Positions 50,098-62,965 of a stretch of DNA of 64,000 bases are shown here, piece after piece; positions within the stretch are counted from its first letter, which is position 1, and every line of letters starts with the position of its first letter. A model generated the notes under the pieces. That model worked only from the letters and a program-made list of their open reading frames with translations. It was not told the DNA's origin and searched no databases. The position numbers and the translations under genes were made by a program. The stretch comes from Octopus sinensis (taxonomy: Eukaryota), in contig NC_043009.1 of the NCBI RefSeq assembly GCF_006345805.1, forward strand, positions 6,696,001 to 6,760,000, in the 5' to 3' direction.

Positions 50098-51299
50098 AAC
50101 TGGTTTTAAAATACTGTTACTCCTGAAGGGCGGTGTTGTGACAAAATCCTTTGCACGCCGGACAAAACACAGATCAACATTTCGTCTGTCTTTACGTTCC
50201 CTAGTTCAAATGCCACCAAGTTCGACTTAGCCTTTCATCCTTTCGAAGTCGATAAAATAAGTACGAGTTTTACCAAAATTTGAAATTAATATTTCAGGTG
50301 TTTTTAAAGTTATGCTTCTTTTGAAAGGCGGCGATGTGGCACAATCGTTTACACGCTGTAGAAAGTTCTTAGCGTTATTTCTTACGTTCTGTGGCCAGAT
50401 TCAACCGAGGTCACCTTTCCTTTTAATTCTTTCGGAGCCGATAAATTGGATACTCGTTCAGCACAGGGGCCGATGTAAACGGCTAGCCGAATCCCATAAA
50501 AATGTCAGACATTGCAGCATTATTTGAAAAGGTGGAAAAATTGTTTCCTTCGATTTTTTTCTTCTTTTCTTTGAGCATATCGCTATTGCAGCCGAGACTA
50601 TTTTCTTATTTACTCCTCACTAAAATCGCTCTCACAAAATTCGAATCTGCGTCCAGTGTCATTTGTTTGCAATATTAAAAAAAAAGAATTATATATATAT
50701 AAAAAAAAACTTGTTGAGGTCTTCCCATCAGATTACTTTTATTTGCTTCACAGTTTAAGCTACTCTGTTTTGACTGTTTTTTTTCCCAAAATTATAAGCA
50801 CATTGCTGCTCTATTGCTACTCTAAAGCCAAAATATTTTCTACACTTGAGCTACATATCAAACATGTCATCAATTCTCTGATGTTACTCTTCTGTTTCGA
50901 AACAAGTCTTGTTTCACTAAGCCTTTTTAGCAGAAAACTAGTCTACACTCCGTCAATGTTCCGGAAGAACTGTGGACTTATTCATTCCTTCATATTTATC
51001 GAGACCCGAATTTCGTTTAAGCAAATTATCAAACGGTGACACAGGATTGAAAAACTCCAAGAAAGATAAAGTCCGTGGGTCGTTCTTGTCAGTCACGTGC
51101 TGATATCTTGTGTGAGTAATTTTGAAATCATAACATCATTAAGGATTTCAGGTGGGAAAATGTTTAAAGGAAGACGAAAAGCTTACAAAAAACGATAAGT
51201 GTGAAATGGTTTGTAATAGAGTTGTTTTTTAACACAAGTCTATGAAGAGGTATTATCTATGAATATTTCCATCGTTTCAAGCCTTTTAATGGTGTATAC

Positions 51300-51560
51300 A
51301 CATTAAATATGATATACTGATAAGGATATACATGTATACTGTTGTTTACAGGAGAGTGATCAGAGGATTTGAAGTTGCATGATCAATGCAGAAAAGGGTA
51401 GTCTTGGAAGTGGTTTACTCGTGACTGACAATTTCTGAATTTTCGTTGGGGAAGCAGCTATAACTAACTTTATCTATGTGTCTATTAAATATGTTGTGAT
51501 ATCTAGGTTTTCATAGGAAGTGGATGTCGATTAACGTGAGAATCATCTAGATGTTGATGG
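51300..51560 (-). pseudogene. Highly decayed Penelope-like ORF fragment (RT-endonuclease linker)
   Basis: Minus frame ILTLIDIHF..YHNIFNRHIDKVSYSCFPN resembles the FL.LIDKHF..KIFNR..KVSYSC.PN linker I recall from PLE proteins. Confidence 0.55.
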
Positions 51561-52229
51561 TATGTGATGGTTTGATCTATAAGATATTGTACGGCTACGT
51601 CATCTGTGTTCAATACTGGTAATCTTTACATTTAAGTTATATTCATATTGTGCTCTATCTAGTGCAATATGTGGCAGCTCTGTTAAATGTGTCTTTGACA
51701 TAGCTTAAGTTAGAGAAAAGTCTACCTATACTATTATCAATCGCTTTGATTTTTGATGGAGGGTAGTTCGAAAAGTTGTTTATATAGGTACTTTCTGCTA
51801 CGAGGATGTTATTAAGGAAAACAAAATTATTAAAATATTGACACAATGTAACCGAAATATCATTATTAAAACCAAACTTAAAACAGACAACTACATAGAC
51901 AACAATATGGATGTCCCTTTCACAATCCTTCCCTAGAATCTATACGACCGAAACTTGCCGAATCTCATATATTTATAAAGCCGTTTTATTTCTGTGTATT
52001 GCATAACATGCTCAATCCCACTCCATTGGATGTTATGTAACTTCCCTTGTCTAGAACCAAAAATCTTCTAACCTACATATTTTATCGCTTATTGTATTTG
52101 TTTGTATGCAAGATATGAGCCTACGCAACTAATTAAAAATAAATTATTGTTTTTGTTCTTATCATCATCTACCTCGTTGTTATTATTATTATTATCGATG
52201 TCGTTGTGGTTGATTTCTTGTTGCAGCTA

Positions 52230-52640
<411 letters not shown>

Positions 52641-53478
52641 GTGTTGTTATTATTAATTGCTCTTCCAGTTACTGACGAAGTTATTATGAACAACATATAT
52701 ACAATACCAAAAAGAGAAAAAAAAGAAGATAAAAAGAAAAAAAGAAAAAAGGAAACTCGTCTGTCTGTTCAATGTCGGCAACAGCCTAGCCACGTTGACG
52801 TTTAATAGCATTAGCTGAGAACGTACAGTGGGTAATTTTAGTTGTTTATTAGTTACTGCGTTGGAGAAAAACTCTTATGACAAGGATATTGTCTATTGGA
52901 ACCAACTAATAAAATAGATACAAATAATGTTGTAGAGGAAGTCTTTTAGATCAAATCAAGTTCTGACAATGTAATTAACTAAAACAAAAGTAGAAGAGCT
53001 GGAGAATATTATTAGAGTGGAATCAAAGTAAAGAATTATTATCTAATTAGAGATTATTAACGTTTGTTCAGAGATAGGTTTAGATAATATTTGTGTTTCC
53101 GAATAACATATTTCAAGTAAATATGCGAACAGAATGCATATGTGCGTCGTGTGTGTATGTGTGTGCGTGTGTGTGTATGTGTGTGCGTCGTGTGTGTATG
53201 TGTGTGCGTGTGTGTTTATGTGTGTGCAGGTGCTTGTGCATGAATGTGTGTGTTTGTGTGTGTGTGTGCATGTGCTTACGTGTATACTTATATGTATGTG
53301 CCTATATGTGCGTGTGTGTATATGTATATATAAGTAAATATATATATATATGTGTGTCTGTGTGTGTATGTCAGTCTGTGTATATACATATATTTATGTA
53401 TATATATATGTGTGTGTTGTTGTGTGTACCTGTGTGTTTGTGAATACATATATACTTACTTGTATTGTGTAAATATGC

Positions 53479-53510
<32 letters not shown>

Positions 53511-53599
53511 GTGTTGTGTGTGTATGTATATATATAAATATGTATATGATATATAACACATAAGTACATAAAATATATATGCACACATTTGTACACTAT

Positions 53600-53648
<49 letters not shown>

Positions 53649-53789
53649 TATGTGTATATATATCTATGGACAAATGTGTATGTATGTGTATATATATATA
53701 CATACATATACATATACATACATAGATGTATGTTTACATGTGTACGTGCATATGTTCAAGTATGCGTCTAAGAAAGTGTCTGTGAGTGT

Positions 53790-53820
<31 letters not shown>

Positions 53821-54060
53821 GGAGAGTAATGAGGGAAAACATACGCAAAGCGAACTAAAAGGATCCAAAGATGTACAAGTTTGTATGATGTGAAATGCAC
53901 ATATACAATTAATATACATACATAAGTGTACGTAATTACACGCGTACATAAATGCATGAGTGTATGCGTATATACGGTATAAATATATATGTGCGCATGG
54001 CATTTCTGTACATGATCATAAGAGTAGAAGCACATTTGTGTGAATATACACATAAAGATG

Positions 54061-54125
<65 letters not shown>

Positions 54126-54195
54126 ACTATATCTATCTATCTACCTATCTATCTATATGTCTGTGTGTGAGGGTTCGTATCCATGATATGTGTGT

Positions 54196-54233
<38 letters not shown>

Positions 54234-54235
54234 TA

Positions 54236-54274
<39 letters not shown>

Positions 54275-54679
54275 CATATATATATACAAGCACGTATATA
54301 TATGTACAGGCATATTTGTATGTATATGTATGTCTGTATGAAGACTGTTACCATCGTATTGTTATCTGCGCAGACAGACCTATAATTATATGAATATATC
54401 AGAGAGTGGGTTGTGACGTTCACTATGGTTACATAAAAACAATAGTGCGCGAATATAATAATCTCCGGCGCACTCTCGACTCTGTTTCCGTCAAACACCT
54501 ATACTCACACGTTCGACCAGAAATACTTACATACACACAAACTGGCAGACAGACATACAGACAGACAAATAGACACACGCACACATACACACATATATAA
54601 AGAAAGAGAGGGAGTATGTGAGAGAAAAGAAGGGAGAAAGAGATAGATACACACATATATGTGTATGTACATATATATA

Positions 54680-55077
54680 TCTTTATATATAAAAGTGAGG
54701 TTGTGTGTTGTCTGTCTCCTACGATTTAGATTCCTAACTACTCCCACATTTTGCGTTGCAGTTTAACCAAAACCGGGTATCTTATAGTCGTGACTCATAT
54801 CGAGCCCTTCTGGGTATTAGTGCGCGTCTACGATGAGTCTACGATTTAAAAAAAAATTACCATCAATTTTTCCCATTTTTAATGCATTTTTGGCATATAT
54901 AACGGAAGTAACTCTCTAAAAATTTACTAATTAAATCTCAGATCGTAAAAAGCTACAGCAACACCCCCTCCCTTTGTGGTTAGCCATATTGAGATGTCTA
55001 TTATACATTACATCTCCAAAAATGCTTATATAGCTATTTCCCTTACAAACCCGAGCAACGCCGGGCGATACTGCTAG
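54680..55077 (+). mobile_element. Non-autonomous Helitron-type element
   Basis: Starts a|TC(tttatatataaaagtg), ends CTAG|t, subterminal hairpin cccg-agcaacgc-cggg (55050-55065), inserted between A and T with no TSD. Confidence 0.8.
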
Positions 55078-55079
55078 TA

Positions 55080-55120
55080 TATATATATACATATATATCA
55101 GATACAGAGAGAGAGACATG

Positions 55121-55169
<49 letters not shown>

Positions 55170-55239
55170 ATGTATATATTATATAAATTATTATATATAT
55201 ATATATAATATCTATATATATATATATATAAATATATAT

Positions 55240-55273
<34 letters not shown>

Positions 55274-55301
55274 TATATATTATATATATATAATATTTAT
55301 A

Positions 55302-55340
<39 letters not shown>

Positions 55341-55351
55341 TAAATATATAG

Positions 55352-55403
<52 letters not shown>

Positions 55404-55410
55404 ATATATA
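55080..55410. repeat. Long degenerate (TA)n array
   Basis: Directly visible. Confidence 0.95.
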
Positions 55411-56309
55411 TATTGGGGGTAGAGGGGGTTATTGTATATAATAAATTTGTATATAGAAGCGTGGCTGTCACACGAGAAGTTTTCATTCCGACACAATGTT
55501 TCCTGCGAGTGGCATATATATACGTGTGTGCGAGTGTGTGAATATATATGTGTGTGTGTGTGTGTGCGTGTGTGTGTGCATGTGTGTGTTTGTGTGCATG
55601 CATGTATGTATATATAAATTATTAAGGATCCTATTTGTAATTCTCAACCGAAAGGCAGAAGTATAGCCATCACTGAGGGTTATAGTCAGCACCATCATTG
55701 CTAGAAATCAGAGTCAAAACACCTCTTAGCAACCTGCATGCACTTATCTCATGGCTTACAAGGGAGACGAGCTCCCCACGGCAACCGAGATGGACTCATA
55801 TCGTCGATGAATTCAGATTTATTTAATCTTCAATCAGTGACCCGATACTCCGTCATGCTGTTAGATAGATAGATAGATAGATAGATAGACAGACAGACAA
55901 ACAGACAAACAGACAGACAGACAGACGGACAGACAGAAAGACAGACTGATATTTGTATGTATATATGTGTGTGTGTGCGCGTCGGTTAGAATTTCCTAAG
56001 ATTGCTTTTTCATTTCTGAATCAACTGAGTTATCTGCCCATCGATTTAGTCGCTATGTAGCTGTGTATTCTATAACCTCGTTCACCGTTAAGGCAAGTCA
56101 GGGTGACACAGCTGGTGACAAGGGTAGATCTGAAGAGGTGCCACATGGTTTCCGTCTTCCTAATTTCGTTTCCATAATTCGTGTCAACCTGAGGCATTAG
56201 TAAAAGATATTTGACCAGAACACCACACAGTAGGATGGAACACGAGAACGCGGAATTGCAAAAGAAACTTCTTAAGGCACACTAAAATTGAAACGTACGC
56301 GCGGACACG

Positions 56310-56800
<491 letters not shown>

Positions 56801-56891
56801 AGATATCTGTGTATATTTACATATATATATATATATATGCATACATATATGTACATACCTACATATATGTGTATATGTACATGCATATATG

Positions 56892-57162
56892 GGTACAGGA
56901 CGTCATAAAAACGTCAACAAAATGAGAAACGAGAACTTAAAAAAAACAAAAACATGGAATTCGACCTTTTTTTCGAACGAAGAACGAAACAAATAGGGAA
57001 ACGAGACATGCAACATAAAGAACAATTCCTTCATCAGTTGTCCCCTATTTTATCTACACCGCGTTTTGAACGTTGGAACTCGAAAAAAGTTCGTTTTCCA
57101 TGTTTTTGCTTTTTTATTTTCTCATTTTTCATTTTGTTCACGCTTTTTCGATGTCTTGTACC
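56892..57162. mobile_element. TA-flanked element with ~85-bp diverged inverted arms and ~100-bp spacer
   Basis: 56892-56976 vs reverse complement of 57080-57162 (ggtaca.gac.tc...aacaaaatga...aaaaacatggaa..cga.cttttttcga). Confidence 0.75.
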
Positions 57163-57399
57163 GATATATACCTGTATATATACAGACATATGTAGCTATG
57201 TACATATATGTATGTATATATGCATATATTTATATTATTTATATTATTTTTATATGATCGAACGTCAGGCATCCATATTTCCAAGTAAGTTTTCTCTCTC
57301 TCTCTCACTCTAAATATATTTATATATATATTGATATTTATATATATTCATGTATTTATGTATATATACTAATATGTATACATATATATTTATACATAC

Positions 57400-57457
<58 letters not shown>

Positions 57458-57509
57458 GGTATATATGGCATTTCTGTACATGATCACATGATCTGAGCTG
57501 AAACTAGAA

Positions 57510-57550
<41 letters not shown>

Positions 57551-58074
57551 GGGGGTTGTATGTGTCTGTGTGTAGATATTTATGAGAAATATGAGTGAAG
57601 ATATATGTGTGAAGAATACTCAAATTAGAATAAGTTATGACTATTTTGAAGGTATCAAATAAAATTTTAAAAGCTTATTTACATAGCAAAAGAAAACTTA
57701 CTAACTATTTACACTGTTAGAACATGTGCTATCGTGATACTAATCCGAGTCTAGACATCTCTAGATATATTGCGACATGTTAGAATTTTAATATGCGTCT
57801 CTTGTTGTATACTAATCTGACATCAAACGACTATACATAGCATAAAGATGATATGATAAAGAAATTCTAGAATGACATGGAGCACTTTGGGTAGTTTAGT
57901 TATGTATTCTGACTCCTACCATTCTACCATTTCGGTTCAAAAGATGGTTTTGTACGTTTCCTTGTGCATTGCGGTCTCCCAAGGAACGAGACTAGTTTTG
58001 GTACAAGTAAATTTTAAACATCAAATAAGTGTAAATAAAGAAGAAAAGAAAGAATGGAGAGACTGAGAGAAAAT

Positions 58075-58410
58075 AAGACAATCATGATGACCAATTCTAA
58101 GAACGGGTTTTAATCGAGTTGTTGCAATCAACGGAATAACCTGCTCGTGAAATTAAGGTATTAGTGACTGAGCACTCAACGAACTCGCATACCATTAACG
58201 GTAGTTCTCGCGCTGAATCACGAGATTCAGTGTGACACAGAATGCGAAGAAGCTGGTCCTGTGAATTACAGGTACAACTCATTTTTAACACCTGAGTGGA
58301 CTTGAACAGCGTGAAATTAAGTGTCTTGCTCAAGGACACAATGTGCTACCAGAAATCGGACTCAAAGCCTTACGACCGTTTGCTGAATACCTTAACCACT
58401 AAGCCATGCA
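58075..58410 (-). mobile_element. Decayed tRNA-derived SINE
   Basis: Minus-strand head gcatggcttagtggttaagg, CORE-like ccttgagcaagacact, tail ttaatttcacgagcagg. Confidence 0.65.
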
Positions 58411-58866
58411 CCTTCACTGAACAAATCAGGGCATCAGAAGTTGACGGCATGCATCAGCATGCCATCCCAACTAGACATATTTATACGTCTGCAATTATGT
58501 GAAAGACCACAGGTACGAAGTATTTTCTGAAATATTACTGCAAATAAAGCATCACTATTCTCAAATCTATGGTTCCAAAGCCCAACCAAATTACAGAGTA
58601 ACCTCGGTTATCGACCATAATTTGTTCTGAAAGTTTGTTCAAAGACCGAATTGTTTGATAACCGAATCATTTCCCCTCATTGCAATTAACGTAAAAGAGA
58701 TTAATTCGTTTCCAAGCACCACATGAATGCTTATTTACATGCTTAAAATATATATCATAGTATAAAAACGTTTATTCAAACTATAAAATTACACACAAAA
58801 GTGTGTGGAGGCGCAATGGCTCAATGGTTAGGGCAGCGAACTCGCGGTCGTAGGATCGCAGTCTCG

Positions 58867-58967
58867 ATTCCCAGACCGGGGGTTTTGAGTGTCTTGCTAG
58901 TTTTTCGGAGTAGTAAGACTTGTTCATCACTGTAACATTTCCCTTGTCTGTGTATATTTCTTTCGTA

Positions 58968-59032
<65 letters not shown>

Positions 59033-59130
59033 GAAGGAAATATACACAGACAAGGAAATGTTACAGTGATGAACAAGTCTTACTACTCCGAAAAAACTAG
59101 CAAGACACTCAAAACCCCCGGTCTGGGAAT
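58867..59130. repeat. Palindrome D: ~110-bp fold-back duplication centred on (TA)n, capturing part of a SINE head
   Basis: attcccagaccgggggttttgagtg...cgtatgtgtg-(TA)n-cacacatacg...cactcaaaacccccggtctgggaat; the left arm overlaps the family R head at 58807-58890. Confidence 0.92.
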
Positions 59131-59161
59131 ATATATTATATATATATATATATATATTTAT

Positions 59162-59461
59162 ATGTGTATATTGGCAGGGCTTACTGCTAGGAAGTCGGCC
59201 AGTTTACATTTACAATGAACGAATGCACTGAAGAAGCACGGACATTTGAATTACGTAAGTAATTCTTTTGTTAAAGGCCGAAACCGACGTATGCATTTAA
59301 TTCTGTTTTTTATATAAATTTTCATCTGTCCTGCCCGCCAAATTTGGTTCTGGTGTTCGCTGAATTTTTCCTCTAGAGAATTTCCTTGTAGTTTGATCGT
59401 TGATGATCTGTTTCTAGCATACGGCCGACTTCCTAGCAGTAAGCCCTGCCAATATACACAT
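59162..59461 (+). mobile_element. 300-bp element with 39-bp perfect inverted ends enclosing one hammerhead
   Basis: atgtgtatattggcagggcttactgctaggaagtcggcc (59162-59200) and its exact reverse complement (59423-59461). Confidence 0.9.
59221..59298 (+). ncRNA. Type I hammerhead with intact core and extended stem II capped by a GUAA tetraloop
   Basis: gaatgca-CUGAAGA-agc..gaca..gaattac(GTAA)gtaattc..tgtt..gcc-GAAA-C(CGAC)GU-A-tgcattt; cut after 59291; first stem II pair is A.C. Confidence 0.78.
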
Positions 59462-60679
59462 ATATTAGAATTTTCTCTGACTTCTCAGATTTTTTGTATG
59501 CTGGACTACTGGTTTTAAATTGATATTAAAATTAATATTACTTTATCTCCCTCATTATTTATATATATATATTTATATATATATAATTGCTGCGTGAGTG
59601 TATAGTGAAGTCACAAATCACGCTTTCGAAAACATTTAGAATTTCAATTAAAAACTGTTGACCACACCCATACAACTATTCTTTAATGAACACAAAAGAA
59701 CAAATACTGCAAATGCAATTATAATTTTTCTGAAGAGAGTCAAAAACATCTGGTTTTTCAATTAAAACCTTGACCAATTCAAATATAAAAGTTCTTTTTC
59801 CTTTGTCTCCTTTTTCCTTCCCCAGCTTAAAAGGCCACTAATTACCAAACAAACAATCTGACCACACCAATATAAAATCCACGCCTCCTCCCCTCCCCTC
59901 CTCCAAAAAATGTTTTCTTCCTTCTTCTCCCTGACTTGGCACATCCCACATAATTCTTTATATATATCAAAAAGCCCAAGAAATCTAACTTTGAACCATA
60001 TTTTGATAAATCTGATAACAGAAGAAAGTGCCAAAAAAATTTTAATAAAATGTAAATAAATAAAATATATATATAATCATCCAACAATGTGATTACCTAG
60101 TTAAGTTCCAGTTTCGGGAATATTGCGAATAAAGCGTTCAACGTTGGTTCTATGTCAGCGTGTGTATATATGAATTTTTTGCGTAATGAGATATATAAAC
60201 TTATTGTTTATAAAGACGGGTGTGGGTGCGTACTGTTACTTAATAAGCAAAACAATTGATGTTAAATTAACGACATTAACTCTGCTAAAGTCGCAGAGAA
60301 TAAAGGGCCTCAAGCAAACAAAAGAAAATAATGTAGTTTAAGTCGATGGGCAAAGATGGCCTTTGGGTCAAAAAGAGAAGAATGGCGGGTAACTCTTAGA
60401 AGAAATATTGAAGGATGGCCTGTGTGAAAAAAGAAGAGAATTAAGTGAACCTGGCCACAGGTCACATGTCAGCAGAAAGGGAGTGAGAGCACGACAAAGA
60501 GAAAATAAGGGTAACAATAGAGGGGGGGAGGGAAAGAGAAAAGGTATACATGCAAGTATGAGTAAAAAGGGAAAGTGGAGAGGCTAGTAATAGAAACAAA
60601 AGAAAAGGAAGAGTGAACGCAAGAGTAGTGTCACACAGATATATAAATTTTAAAATATACTGTTAATTAAAGGTGTGTG

Positions 60680-60745
<66 letters not shown>

Positions 60746-60748
<3 letters not shown>

Positions 60749-60904
60749 TTGAGTGTTACAAGAAGGTACCAATATTTACTGGAAATAGCAGTCGATACAA
60801 ATACGATGCTATTGCAAAACTTCACTGCGTATATACGATAGCGTCGTACTTGTATCGACTCCAATTTCCAGAAAAAATTGGTGCCTTCTTGTACCACTCA
60901 ACTG
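60746..60904. mobile_element. Tc1/mariner-type MITE (159 bp, 67-bp TIRs, TA TSD)
   Basis: TA-CAGTTGAGTG...CACTCAACTG-TA; arms ~87% identical, 25-nt loop; no hammerhead core found. Confidence 0.8.
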
Positions 60905-60969
60905 TATTTATATTTTTACTTCTACCCATATGGGGCTTCATTTTACTGGAAAGTAATACATTTATTCAT

Positions 60970-61004
<35 letters not shown>

Positions 61005-61006
<2 letters not shown>

Positions 61007-61370
61007 TTAGAGGATTGACCACTAAAAGTGGACACCCTGTATGCTAGATATAGACGTCAAAATCGCCATTTTCCACGGAGAATAGATTTCGGTCGAGTGC
61101 CCTGTGTCTAGTTCTAGAAATTGTGTTTGGTAAACGACAGACTATGCATATGATCTTGCAGATGTTTATGTATTCATATACGTAAATTATTAAGTGAAAC
61201 TAATTAGTACATAGGTAATCGTTTTTAATTTCGTATATTTTCATTTGTCTTGCTTATTTTTACGTTTTGCTGATTTTTTTCTTGAGAACACATTCTCCGT
61301 GGAAAATGGCGATTTTGACGTCTATATCTAGCATACAGGCTGTCCACTTTTAGTGGTCAATCCTCTAAAT
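61005..61370 (+). mobile_element. 366-bp element with 79-bp inverted arms enclosing a decayed hammerhead
   Basis: Arms 61005-61083 and 61292-61370 have 1 mismatch; the left end abuts (TA)n. Confidence 0.88.
61142..61214 (+). ncRNA. Decayed type I hammerhead (core CAUAUGA)
   Basis: Stem I ctatg/catag; stem II ctt/aag plus 10-bp gtttatgtat/atacgtaaat; GAAA 61196-61199; palindromic stem III ACUAAUUAGU; GUA triplet. Confidence 0.6.
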
Positions 61371-62774
61371 TTTGTATGTAAAAAATTTTTAATCTTCGGA
61401 TTTTTTTAAATATGCTAGGCCACTTTTAAATATGCTAGCCTTATTTAATTTTATATATATATATATATATATACAGTTTATTTTGTTACACTCACACATT
61501 GGAACGTAGGTGTAAAAAATATAGCTCGTAGTATGAGTTTCGCGAGAGATGCACGGGTACTCTCTTATCCCTACGACAGTTTGAAATGGCCTGAGCGAAA
61601 TGTACAACTAGTCATTATTGTTCGCTAAATTAATATGTGCGTGGTGGCATGATGTGTGCATGTGCTTTTGTGTGTGTGTGTGTGTGTGCGTGTGTGTGTG
61701 CGTGCGTGCGTGCGTGCGTGTGTAATTACTTTTAATATCGTGCAAATGCGAAATGAAATGTTAAGAAATTACCCCAACTTTCTTAATGAATTAATTACAT
61801 TAGGGTAATTAAGGAATATTCCCAGAATCCTATTTGGTACAAGTAATCATACACAGCCTCATACCCTCAAAATGTCATCCGACATATTGACGAGATTCTT
61901 CTCTAATATCAACCCTCAAACCTTCCAAATATTCTTTCTCTCCCTTCCACCGCACCTCTTTCTCTTTCTCTCCCCTCATCTCTCTCTCTAACTCACCGCC
62001 TTTTTCTGACACAACTAGTTTCTACACCTCGAAGTCGGTTGATCTTCTTTAACCTCCACTTAGTTACCCCCGACTCAATCATCTCTATTCTCCTCACCCC
62101 CGTTTACCTTTTCCTATCTCCGAACACCTCTCTATCCCAAAACCCATTCCCTGCACCTCAGAATATCGCCCTCTGGAATCATTTAACTATCACCTTATAA
62201 ATGTTCAACAGAAAAGTTAACTACATGTATTTTACAGTGAGCCTTCATACATTAGTGAGAAGTTACGTGGTTTCGTGGTTAGGGGTGTTACACTCATGAT
62301 CGAAAGATAGTGGTTTCGATTCTTGGACCAGGCGATGAGATGTGCTCTTGAGTAAAGCGCTTCATTTTACGTTACTCCAATCAACTCAGCTGGCAAAAAT
62401 GAGTAATCCTAATCGGACCGGCGTCAGGTCCCAGGGTGAATATATACGCCACAGAACCCAGGAAACTAACATTGTAAACCCAAACTATATGAAGGACCTT
62501 TGATCTAGCATAAATTAGTATAATGTGCTTCGTCGGAAGGGGAATTTCAACGTTTCGTTTAGTGCTCTTTTTCGGAAAAAAAGAAAAGAAGGTAGATGTA
62601 TATCTGTTGACTGTAAACGAATTTGAAGAGTGTTTAGCGGTTTTACAGATCATCAGTAACTCCACTTCAGCATCTAACCGATGAACAAATATCTTCAATC
62701 GATTCTCTTTTCGACCATACTACATATAAAATTACATGATCCAATGTGCCTCTCTTATTATTATATAGTGTACA

Positions 62775-62965
62775 AAGGCGTTGAGCTGGCAGAATCATTA
62801 ACGCGGCATTTTATCCGTCTTCACATTCTGAGCGCAACTTCCGCTGCGGTCGACTTTGTCATTCATCTTTCCGGAATCGATAAAATAAATACCAATTGGG
62901 CACTGAAATCGATGTAATCGACTGACACGCTGCCCCGAAATTGCTGGTCTTGTGCCAAAAAATTG
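62775..62965 (+). mobile_element. SINE family M, decayed
   Basis: ggcgttgagctggcagaatc head and gtcgactttgtcattcatc body. Confidence 0.75.

Noticed and set aside
55484-55512. Minus-strand GAAACAUUGUGUC-ggaaug, resembling a hammerhead 3' half
   Set aside because: No 5' half before the TA tract; fragment too short.
58592-58720. tacagagtaacctcggttatcg, a pogo/Tigger-like terminus
   Set aside because: Single end only; no partner TIR visible.
61540-61600. Minus-strand stems tcgtag/ctacga and gagag/ctctc in hammerhead-like spacing
   Set aside because: Core not recognisable (ggataa) and extra bases before GAAA.
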